Source of the DNA: Nitrospirota bacterium
GTDB lineage: Bacteria; Nitrospirota; UBA9217
Assembly (NCBI GenBank): GCA_963845065.1
Contig: CAWJQQ010000001.1
Location: forward strand, 896,001 to 960,000
Length of the DNA: 64,000 nt
Direction of reading: 5' to 3'
Shown here: positions 9,494-18,424 of the stretch, piece by piece
Layout of the letters: every line of letters starts with the position of its first letter
How positions within the stretch are numbered: position 1 is the stretch's first letter
Position numbers and translations under genes: made by a program
The notes under the pieces: model-generated
Seen by the model: only the letters and a program-made list of their open reading frames with translations
Database searches by the model: none
Told to the model about the DNA's origin: nothing

Positions 9494-10931
9494 CCTGAAT
9501 CCGGCGTGAAAATGGTCAGAATTTCAGCCGATCAATTGTCTTTACCGCATACTCGAAAGCTTCACGATACCAGAGATTGGCCGGAAATTTGAGTGTCGGT
9601 CGGTTTTCAGATTTTACCAATACGCCTGGAATAAGTAGAAGGCGTGATCGTAACGTATTGAGCGTTATATTGTGCAGATCTTTTGGCAAGCAAAGGCGCT
9701 TGAACCAGTTGATCAAGTTGTATGAAAACAAAAGAATGTGAAAATACGCTTCGTTGGCGGCAAAGTGTCTGGTTGGTATCTTCGCTAAAGGATAATCTCC
9801 TTTGAGTTCTTTTATAATGAGTTCCACGCCGGCTCGACCGTTGTAAAATTTCCACGTGTTGAGTGGAGTCAGGCTCAAGTTTGTCACGATGACCTGATAA
9901 CTGTATTTGCCCAGAGTAAACAAAGAGAGCTGATCCGATGGGTCTTCTGGTATCGGACGGCGGATTACGACGAACCGATGCTCCTTGTGTCCCGCTTTGA
10001 TGGGATATGTAAACTCGGACGTCTCGATGCCGGATGTATAAGGGTGATACGGCAAAACAGCAAGCTTTCGTTTGATCGGTGGAGTCAGCTTGGCGACGAT
10101 AGCGAAGAGGGCACTCTTGGATTCCAGATACTCGACAGTTTTGTGGTCGAAAAAACCCTTGTCTGCCCTGATGATTATGACTTTTACCGAAGAAGGCACT
10201 TTGGCAAAGGTTGCCTCCAGAAAGTCGAGGACTCCTGCTGCGGTATGCGCATCGCCTGGCCGAAGCTCTCCGTGCCAGTAGTCCTTGGTAATGCCGTTGA
10301 AACAGACAAGAGGATGGTATGATGGCCTTCCGCGTTTCTTCGGATTGTATCCGATATTGGCCATCTCCTGTTTGCCGTACAGGACTAGGACGGTTGAGTC
10401 CATATCGAAAATAATGCGTGTAGGCGGAGAGGGTCTTAGCATCATCGACGAGAGCAGTTTGTCGTGAAGCCGCCTGAGCCGTGTCAGAGACAGCGGCGCC
10501 ATTCTTAAGAGGAAGCGCCGAAGGGTTTGTGGATCGGGATAGGAGGGCAATCCCGTCAGATACTGGAAGACTCCATTGTGTCGTAGAAGGTGAGTCGTCT
10601 CGATCCTGCCGAATCCAAGAGCTATGGGATATACCAGTGCAAGAATCACCTCTGATATGGTGTAATGGTTGTTGCGCTGAGCAAAGAAAACTTTCTTGCT
10701 GAGAAGAGCCTTCAGCTTGATGCGCTTGAAAAAGAGATGCAGAAGATATACGCCACCGAAGTGAGTGACGTTCTTCCCGGTGAAGGAAATTTTGAGATTT
10801 TTGGGTCCGAATGGCATAGGAATGTAACCTATCAAAAAGGTAGGTTTGGTTCCACACACTTTTCGGCATTATAACACTATTTTTAAGCGGTCGATTCAAC
10901 ATAGTAGATTCCGGCTCACGCCGGATTCAGG
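9494..10931 (-). mobile_element. Intact IS1380-family insertion sequence (1438 bp)
   Basis: Perfect 16-bp IRs cctgaatccggcgtga (9494-9509) / tcacgccggattcagg (10916-10931), flanked by direct repeat TTAAT (9489-9493, 10932-10936). Confidence 0.93.
9516..10817 (-). CDS. IS1380-family DDE transposase
   Basis: THFGG, FDMDST, GYNPKKRGRPSYHPL, LRPGDAH, IRADKGF, FYNGRAGVELIIKELK. Confidence 0.9.
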   Translation of the reverse strand: MPFGPKNLKISFTGKNVTHFGGVYLLHLFFKRIKLKALLSKKVFFAQRNNHYTISEVILALVYPIALGFGRIETTHLLRHNGVFQYLTGLPSYPDPQTLRRFLLRMAPLSLTRLRRLHDKLLSSMMLRPSPPTRIIFDMDSTVLVLYGKQEMANIGYNPKKRGRPSYHPLVCFNGITKDYWHGELRPGDAHTAAGVLDFLEATFAKVPSSVKVIIIRADKGFFDHKTVEYLESKSALFAIVAKLTPPIKRKLAVLPYHPYTSGIETSEFTYPIKAGHKEHRFVVIRRPIPEDPSDQLSLFTLGKYSYQVIVTNLSLTPLNTWKFYNGRAGVELIIKELKGDYPLAKIPTRHFAANEAYFHILLFSYNLINWFKRLCLPKDLHNITLNTLRSRLLLIPGVLVKSENRPTLKFPANLWYREAFEYAVKTIDRLKF

Positions 10932-10985
10932 TTAATATATGATAAGATCCATGGATGATATATGTACTAATAATCAAGGAGCAAT

Positions 10986-11495
10986 ATGATCAGAATCCTC
11001 AAACAAATATTTCATACAGGAATTGTCACTGAGCAGCTTCCCCCTATTACTGACCCGGATATCGAGAAAATCAGCGTACAACTCGAGGAAGTCATCAAAC
11101 GGAGCTTCCGGGGTAGTCTCGCAATTCGCCAAGTGGACGCTGGATCGTGCAATGCTTGTGAGCTCGAGATCCATGCAATCAACAACCCAATTTACAATTG
11201 TGAGCGTTTTGGCATGCATTTTACCGCCTCGCCGCGGTTTGCAGATATGCTGCTGGTCACTGGGCCAGTATCTTATAACATGGAGATCGCGCTTAAGAGG
11301 ACCTACAATGCCACGCCGCAGCCAAAGCTGGTGGTCGCTGTCGGAGATTGCGGGTGCACCGGCGGTATATTTGGTGAGAGCTACGCGTCTTTGGGCGGCA
11401 TTAATAAAATAATCCCCGTTGATGCATATATACGCGGGTGTCCACCCACTCCCACGGCCATTCTTCAAGGCATTCTTAAGACCATCGCAAAGTAA
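10986..11495 (+). CDS. Ehr small subunit (HycG/NuoB-like Fe-S protein)
   Basis: VDAGSCNACELE, ASPRFADMLLVTGPV, VGDC, GCPPTP. Confidence 0.92.
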   Translation: MIRILKQIFHTGIVTEQLPPITDPDIEKISVQLEEVIKRSFRGSLAIRQVDAGSCNACELEIHAINNPIYNCERFGMHFTASPRFADMLLVTGPVSYNMEIALKRTYNATPQPKLVVAVGDCGCTGGIFGESYASLGGINKIIPVDAYIRGCPPTPTAILQGILKTIAK

Positions 11496-11940
11496 CAATT
11501 GCCTGTATTGTTCGTTCCTGCTCGCTGTTCCTCATCTGCTAGAGTTGCGTAACCTGATATATTAGCTTAGCACGAAAAAAAAGGTATTGTGGTAAATGTT
11601 TTTTGCTATTCTGTGAGCTGATGCTGGTAAATTCATAAGTCAAGAGGGGAATTTCAAGTGATCATCATCGATGGTTGACATTATTGTAGAACTGGGATGG
11701 ACCAAGCTGGGAATTCGTATCTTCTCATAACGTACTTAGTGTGAAACAGCATATTGTCGCAATATTTCATGAATTGAAATTGTGATCCAACATGAGGCAG
11801 TGCATTGACAGCGAAATGCTCTCCAAAGACTCATTCTTCAAAGATTTTGATGCGCTATAATTAAATTAAACATTGTGTGATCAAATACTGTCCACTTTGA
11901 TGCTTGGATCCAACCCATCATTATCGAAGGGGAGAAATGC

Positions 11941-12972
11941 ATGGAACCTGAGGCTAAACCTGTCCCGGGAAGGCTCGTCGTTTTTCTCGTCGGACAGACC
12001 GAGAATAATTTCGAAGCCACCGAAGTCGTAGAGATCAAGGCAGTAAAAAGCGCTCCAAGTTATCCCGATGTCATCCCTAAGCAGAAGATCATCAAGCAGG
12101 AAAAACGCTTAGTCGACAACGTCGAGGTCGGTTTCCTAGTCAAGACTTATTTGCCTGACGTGGTCATAGTTGAAGCGATGCTGGACATGGACGACATTCT
12201 CGGTTATACAACTTTAGACATCAAACGGGCGCTCACCAACGAGTGCAGGAAAATTCTGAAAGAGTTTACGTGTGATCAGGAATATGATGAGGAATACAGC
12301 GTCTGCTGTATTTCCGGCTACAGCGGCGATCCGGAAGTGTATTTATCCATACACGGCGAACGGATAGCGGAGTTCCTCAAAAATGAACGTATGCCGCTCG
12401 ATGAAGAGGAAGTACAGGCAACGTTATCTTCGTACCTGAAGTATGGCAAGGACGATCTTACGGTCGTGGACTGGGATGGCGCTGTCATCTTCGATTCCGC
12501 CGGAGACTTCGACAGCAACATTGAACTTTTTGAGATCGCTAATCTGCAGCTCTTGAAATCGCGCATTCTCGACGACGACCTCGACGAGCGCCTGGAAAAG
12601 GCACTCCGGCTCATCGGCGCGACAAAAAAACGCATGACGATTATCCGGTCGGGTGAAATGAGGAAAGTCGTCAGGGAAATAATCGAGACCCGTACCCAGT
12701 CCATTTTGGAGTCGGAAGCGGTAGAGCGAAACATCAAACTTATCGGAGACTGGTATTCGGCTAAACTCTATTCCCTCATCTCTAGAAAATTCCACCTCGA
12801 CAGCTGGAAGGTCAACATCAAGGAAAAGCTCGATACTCTCGAAGACGTTTACACCATGGCCACGGAGAACTTTAGCGTTTCCTACCGCGCTACGCTGGAA
12901 TTCGTCATCCTGGCAGGCTGGTTTGTGTTGCTGCTCCTCTATGTTGCGGAGTTCCTATTCACAAAGAAGTAG
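11941..12972 (+). CDS. Conserved hypothetical protein with C-terminal transmembrane helix (possibly RMD1/DUF155-like)
   Basis: 343-aa ORF with GGGGAG RBS; DWDGAVIFD..LFEIANLQLL..LDDDLD; hydrophobic C-terminus. Confidence 0.6.
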   Translation: MEPEAKPVPGRLVVFLVGQTENNFEATEVVEIKAVKSAPSYPDVIPKQKIIKQEKRLVDNVEVGFLVKTYLPDVVIVEAMLDMDDILGYTTLDIKRALTNECRKILKEFTCDQEYDEEYSVCCISGYSGDPEVYLSIHGERIAEFLKNERMPLDEEEVQATLSSYLKYGKDDLTVVDWDGAVIFDSAGDFDSNIELFEIANLQLLKSRILDDDLDERLEKALRLIGATKKRMTIIRSGEMRKVVREIIETRTQSILESEAVERNIKLIGDWYSAKLYSLISRKFHLDSWKVNIKEKLDTLEDVYTMATENFSVSYRATLEFVILAGWFVLLLLYVAEFLFTKK

Positions 12973-13115
12973 CTACCATCCTCACCGACTCTGCGCTTTA
13001 CATTCGCCGTTCTTTTGTTACTATACCCGCCTCAACTCACTAAAAAAAGATTCCCTTTTGGGACAAAAATTGATTCTCATAAATGCCCCAGGATTGATTT
13101 TTCCGGGGCAGTCCA

Positions 13116-13777
13116 TATCCTGATACCCTCCTTGCGGGTCCGTAGTTTTGACATATCGCCGTGTCTGTTTGGCTTTAAGCCCTTTCTCCCGCATGATCCG
13201 TGATACATTTTTTTTGCGGTTGACACTGATCCCTTCACGGTCAAGTTGGGCGGTCATCCGGCTATAGCCGTATTTTTCATGTTCTTCAGCGATCTGTTCT
13301 ATTCGGTCAGCCAATACTACGTCGGCGTCAGACTTAGCCGGCGCTGATTTCGCACCCCTCGTGATGCTTTGGAGCAGTTCTCGGTCGTCAGCAATGAACT
13401 GACTTTTCTTTCTGGCTTGTGAAAAGGTCCGCCGCAATGCTTTTTTTTTAAACTCGATTTCCAAGAAGGGTTTACCGAGCATCTGCTCCCACTGGCGAAC
13501 GCGTTCTCCCAGGGCGGCTTCTTTGGATGCTTCCTTACCAAATCCGCCTTTTGCATACTTTTTTTTCCAGTGGTACAGAGGACCTGATATCTCGTGTCTG
13601 CGGGACAGTTGGGCCGGAGTGCTGACCCCGCTCAGTAGTTCTTCAATAACTTGACCCTTGAAAACTGGAAGACCGTTGTTTACTTTTACTTATGGCGAGA
13701 TCCTTTCCGCTCCTATCCGGGCTAAAGATCCTGTCTATTACCCAACATAATCTGTCTAATGAGAGGGGTTCACTCCA
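13116..13777 (-). mobile_element. Truncated, degenerate IS3-family element (orfA and start of orfB)
   Basis: End TGGAGTGAACCCC at 13777; orfA FKGQVIEELLSG..AQLSRRHEIS..LYHWKK..EQMLGK; orfB YGYSRMTAQLDREG..VSRIMREKGL..VKTTD then truncated; second IS3-like end ccggggcagtcca at 13103-13115. Confidence 0.8.
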
Positions 13778-14232
13778 ATCGAAATCGAGGTACAAAAGTC
13801 TGCGTCATGGTCGGAGTCGCTGCGCCGTTACTTTTTGCAAGTCTTTCGCTATTACGTGGTAATAATATCTTAGGAGAGATATTTCGTTGGCTTTTATCTC
13901 AAAAGATGCTTTTAGACGGATTAAGTGACCACCACTACGCGGTTATAATGAATGGGTGAGCTGCCCTGAGTCGCAAAATGTTAAGCTACTTCTGCAAACA
14001 ACTGCTTAGAGATCGAAATACTAAGTGCGGTCACTGCGAGATAGCGAGTAGTTAAGAATTTAACATGAATAGCGCTTATATCCCCTATTGTCATTGTATC
14101 AGTTTTTAACAGGAGAAACATTAACCGTGCATGCTCAACAACTATCAGTGAGCGTGTCACGTCTTGATTGATTTCATTCAGCAATGCTTTTTACGCTATT
14201 CTTAGTTTTATCTTCATAAATGAAATTTTCCT

Positions 14233-14261
14233 CTAAAGTTATTCATCGTTCGTGCCGATAA
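14233..14261 (+). promoter_or_regulatory. Possible sigma28 (FliA) promoter
   Basis: CTAAAG..GCCGATAA with a TAAA-N16 spacer (consensus N15). Confidence 0.4.
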
Positions 14262-14449
14262 GTAATATGAAGCATGACAGAGGCTATTTTCGCTGGAATA
14301 GGATGATCGCATGAAGCATTCAATATGTCTGATATCGTTGTTATTTTGTTCAAAAAATCAGTAACTTCGATCGAAAGCTAAGCAAAACGATGCTTTAATT
14401 CAATCATCTATTTTTTATCTCTTTAAATGATGCAAATTGGAGGTTGTCC

Positions 14450-15295
14450 ATGTATATTGTGTTCCTCGTTGCAGTGACTGCAGGCCTTATCAGCACCGCA
14501 GCCTACTTTTCGGTGTTCGGCATCGCCAGCATGTTTGCGTACAACTATATACCGGCGATGATCATGGGCATAACGCTCGAGGCGAGCAAAATCGGCCTGG
14601 CCGTCTACCTGTTCCGCTATTGGACGCTCATGTCCCGTTTGTTCAAGACCATCCTCATAGTATTTCTGGTGTCCCTCATGTTTATAACCTCAGTTGGTAT
14701 TTTCGGTTTCTTGAGCCAGGGTTATCAAAAGACATCGGAAGAATTCAACCTTCTGTCTCTGGAACTGAAGAATGTCGAGGACGAATATAAAACCAAAACA
14801 ATCCGTTTGGATGACATTAATTCCCAGATCGCACAACTTCCTTCTCAATCGATAACGAACAAGATCCGCCTGTCCCGGGAGTTCAGCGATGAACAGGCCG
14901 AGATCCGTGACCGGCTGACGGTGATCCAGCCGAAAATCCAAGAGCTGAAGGTCAAACGCCTCGCTTTCGAATCTCACATTGGTCCGATATCCTATGTCGC
15001 CCGCATGCTAAACGAGCCGCAGGATACGGTCGTCTTTTTTGCGATACTGATGCTCGTTTTTGTGGCAGATCCACTAGCCATTACGCTTACAATCGCAAGT
15101 AACATGGTGCTCATTCGTTATTGGGAGCATGCCCGACCGCAAGCTTCCAACCAGGTATTTAAGTCGCCGATGGTGTTCAACAATATCCTGGGCAGAGTAC
15201 GGACCATGGCAAGGGCGTCCTATGAGCAGACTTTCAAGAAGAAACGGGACCGCAAAAAAGCCGCCAACACCAAGACGAGAAGAAAGAAGAAGTAG
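14450..15295 (+). CDS. Uncharacterised membrane protein: 3 TM, coiled coil, TM, basic tail
   Basis: GGAGG RBS before ATG 14450; IMGITLEASK, GIFGFLS, ESHIGPISYVA, FVADPLA; Lys/Arg-rich C-terminus. Confidence 0.8.
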   Translation: MYIVFLVAVTAGLISTAAYFSVFGIASMFAYNYIPAMIMGITLEASKIGLAVYLFRYWTLMSRLFKTILIVFLVSLMFITSVGIFGFLSQGYQKTSEEFNLLSLELKNVEDEYKTKTIRLDDINSQIAQLPSQSITNKIRLSREFSDEQAEIRDRLTVIQPKIQELKVKRLAFESHIGPISYVARMLNEPQDTVVFFAILMLVFVADPLAITLTIASNMVLIRYWEHARPQASNQVFKSPMVFNNILGRVRTMARASYEQTFKKKRDRKKAANTKTRRKKK

Positions 15296-15315
15296 AAAGG
15301 GTAGGCGGAGAATTC

Positions 15316-16020
15316 ATGAGGAAGCTGATTATTGTTCTGCTCATAGCCACGGCCGGATGCGCCACACCACGCGCTCCGGAGCTCGAGAAGTCAGAAATTG
15401 CTCCGGTGCCGCAGATGGTTCGCGTTGCACCGATGCCAGAATCGCCTGCAGTAAAGCCGGCCACATTAGTATTACAACCTGTATCACCTTTGCCAGAATC
15501 TGCTCCCGCGGTTTCCCAGCCGTTTACTGTGAGAAAGGAAGAAACAAAGCATCAGCCTGCTGGAGTCCGGAAACCGGGAGAACATGAACAACCTTCAGTC
15601 GTTGCATCGAAACAGCCGCAAATGACGGTAATAGAAGAGACAAAAAGGCCGACACTGGAACTGCGGGAAAAGCCGATGCTTGGCCATAGACTGCAATCAT
15701 TGACTGCGCTAGCCACAGCGAACGACGATAAACTTCTTAATGTGTTCGTAGGCATGTACTGGAATACTGTGGAGACGATCATGGGCGCGGACCGTAATCC
15801 TTACCGGAAGACGAAGATTACTGGCACCGACGGTGAGACCTACTATATCCTATTCTATCTTACTAGGGAACCTCGCCCTGGGAAGCCAATAACAGAGCGT
15901 ATGCTGTCACCGGTCATTTTCAGAAAAAGCCGCGTCGTGGCAATGGGGAATTATCAGCTCAAAAAGCTGATACTCAACGGAACTCTTGAACATCGGAAAC
16001 CAGCGCTGAGTTTTAAATAA
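15316..16020 (+). CDS. Lipoprotein with Pro-rich linker and DUF3192-like C-terminal domain
   Basis: Lipobox IATAGC; NPYR..YILFYLT..LSPVIF..VVAMG. Confidence 0.7.
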   Translation: MRKLIIVLLIATAGCATPRAPELEKSEIAPVPQMVRVAPMPESPAVKPATLVLQPVSPLPESAPAVSQPFTVRKEETKHQPAGVRKPGEHEQPSVVASKQPQMTVIEETKRPTLELREKPMLGHRLQSLTALATANDDKLLNVFVGMYWNTVETIMGADRNPYRKTKITGTDGETYYILFYLTREPRPGKPITERMLSPVIFRKSRVVAMGNYQLKKLILNGTLEHRKPALSFK

Positions 16021-16361
16021 TAACCGCAAGCAAAAAAAGGTCGGGGACATAGCATATCCAACTTTTTTCTTAACAGTTGTTTCACTCCTTATCAGCACTT
16101 TCGGACAAAACGTCAAAAAACAGGAATACATAAGTGTAAAAAAAGTTTCACTATAGAGGTATTTCGTGCTCTATTAAAAGGCTGAGTTGCGGAGGCATGA
16201 AATATGAAGTCGGCATTTTCAAGGAACCAGGATCCTTTAAAACTTCTAAGATAAATAACATAAATTGTTTTAATTCATTCCAAAGTTATAAAAAACTTCT
16301 GTGTATGCCTGTGCCTCTGTAGTAAAAAAGATTATTTGCTTAAATTCAAATAACCATATCT

Positions 16362-17726
16362 TCACGAGAGGCCGAGCTTTTTCCTGAGTGTTAACCTGTT
16401 AATCCCGAGCAACCGGGCTGCCTCGGACTGGTTCTCCCGGGTATGAGACAATAGATATGTGAGCACATGTCTATCCACTTCGGTGTGAACCTTGTCGTAG
16501 ATGTTCTTCTCTTTGCTGTCCAGCGATTTCTTTACAAACGGTATAAGTACGGATGCAATGGCGTCTGATTCGCCTGCCAGAGGCCTTGCCGTGGAGTGCG
16601 AGCCCAAATCCCTGAGCTCGTGCGTCGTGAGATAGTCCGTTTTGCAAAGGGCGATTGCTGAACGGAGTGTGTTTTCCAATTCGCGTATATTGCCTGGCCA
16701 GTCGTAGGAGATAAGGCGGTCCATGAAGGCTTTGGTCACACCCTTAATCAGCTTCTGTGATGTATGGGCATGGCGGTAGAACAGGCACTGGACCAGCGGC
16801 GCGACGTCCTTTTTGCGTTCACGAAGTGGCGGCACGTGGATCAAAGCGACGCGAAGTCGGTGATAGAGATCTTCCCGGAATTTCCCTTCGCGCACCATGT
16901 CGGCAAGGTTACGGTTCGTCGCAGATATTACGCGTACGTTTACCTGTACCTCTTTTGTGCTACCCACTGGGTAAAATGTCTGGGTCTGAAGGAAGCGGAG
17001 GAGTTTCCCCTGGAGCTGTAATGGAAGCTCGCCGATTTCGTCGAAGAATACGGTGCCTCCGTCAGCTGTTTTAAGCATGCCTTCCTTGGAGGCCACGGCG
17101 CCGGTGAATGCACCGCGTTCATAGCCGAAGAGTTCAGATTCAAGCAAGGTGTCAGGCACGGCAGCGGAATTGATGACCACAAAGGGTTTGCCGAAGCGGG
17201 AAGAAAGCTGCGCAATAGCCTCTGCTACAAGTTCTTTCCCGGTGCCCGTCTCTCCGGTGACGAGAACGGGGACTTCAACCTGTGCGATGCGCGCGATTTT
17301 TTCGCAAAGGCTCATAACAAGCGAGGAACGGCCCACTATGACGCACGTTGCGGCCGGAGCCAGTAGGTCCTTCGATATTATTACCGTGTGTTCCATCTCC
17401 GTAGTGAGACCGTACAGCTCTGCCAAGAGATGTTCGAACCGCTCCTTCTTGAGCGGCCTTCGCATAATCTCATAGGCGCCCCACGTGGCGGCCTCCATGA
17501 CTGGCCCGGTCCGTTCCTGGCCAGTGACGGCAACTACGAACGTCTGTTTGCTGTGGTCCTTGATTACATGGGCGTCGGCCGAATCGAGGTCCACAAGAAC
17601 GAAATATGCGTTTCGGCCAGAAATTCCAACCTTTCGCCCGGTATCTAGCTTGTAACCCTTTGGCAGGATGGCGGAAACCTCTTGTTCTAGAGCTTTGTCT
17701 TTTGTTAGCAGCAGCACCTTTTTCAT
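16362..17726 (-). CDS. Sigma54-dependent enhancer-binding transcriptional activator with degenerate receiver domain
   Basis: GETGTGKE, ESELFG, GAFTGA, FFDEIG, WPGNIREL, Fis-type HTH NQSEAARLLGINR. Confidence 0.93.
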   Translation of the reverse strand: MKKVLLLTKDKALEQEVSAILPKGYKLDTGRKVGISGRNAYFVLVDLDSADAHVIKDHSKQTFVVAVTGQERTGPVMEAATWGAYEIMRRPLKKERFEHLLAELYGLTTEMEHTVIISKDLLAPAATCVIVGRSSLVMSLCEKIARIAQVEVPVLVTGETGTGKELVAEAIAQLSSRFGKPFVVINSAAVPDTLLESELFGYERGAFTGAVASKEGMLKTADGGTVFFDEIGELPLQLQGKLLRFLQTQTFYPVGSTKEVQVNVRVISATNRNLADMVREGKFREDLYHRLRVALIHVPPLRERKKDVAPLVQCLFYRHAHTSQKLIKGVTKAFMDRLISYDWPGNIRELENTLRSAIALCKTDYLTTHELRDLGSHSTARPLAGESDAIASVLIPFVKKSLDSKEKNIYDKVHTEVDRHVLTYLLSHTRENQSEAARLLGINRLTLRKKLGLS

Positions 17727-18424
17727 CGTCCCCTCGATTGTAAAAATAATATACAATATGTATAATAATAATTCAATTTCTTTTTACATAGACAGACTTT
17801 CTCTTTTATTCGGTTAAAAAAAATCACAGCATCCTCGATGAACAAGGCCGTCAGACTCTCCCGTTGGCTGTTCTTGTCATCCGTACGCAACATCTTACAA
17901 ATTGGTCAACACGTTACCTCTTTTCACGAATCATTGTCGTATAAATCCCAACGTTACAATCTACTTCTATTTAGCCTCAAGAAAATAATGAAACATACCT
18001 AACCCGATTGCAAACAGGTTTTTCCCGCGTGGTTTTCCCACGGAATAATCATGTGAAAGTACTCTGTCCTTATTAGAAAGTCACAGAATCCTGTCTAGTG
18101 ATCCACGCCAAACCACTCTTTTTCGCCACCTTGTCCTTGCCTTACAGCGTCACCATAATTTGGGCATTTTCCCTCAAATCTATCTGTACTTATCTTTGAC
18201 AAGGGGAGGCCTTTCCCCCCCCTATGGGAAATGAGGGGAAATATAAAAAAACCTGCATATTTATTTTGAAAAAGTGGAAAATTGCAATCGCAGGTTGATT
18301 CGAGCCGGAGGTGTTTTCTTAGTCCCGGCAATTGCTTTGTTTGACAGAATGTGATATTAATCAGATATAAGCCCTGACCTGCGTCTCATTCCATCTTTTA
18401 AATCAAGAGGGAGGTATCAATACG

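Noticed and set aside
11640..11830. Possible decayed DUF86/HepT toxin gene
   Set aside because: Needs several assumed frameshifts and has no clear motif
13981..14184. AraC-like HTH remnant on the minus strand
   Set aside because: Resemblance is too weak and short
16070..16210. Possible activator binding sites and a degenerate sigma54 box (ggcatgaaatatgaa)
   Set aside because: The -12 GC is absent and no same-strand gene follows
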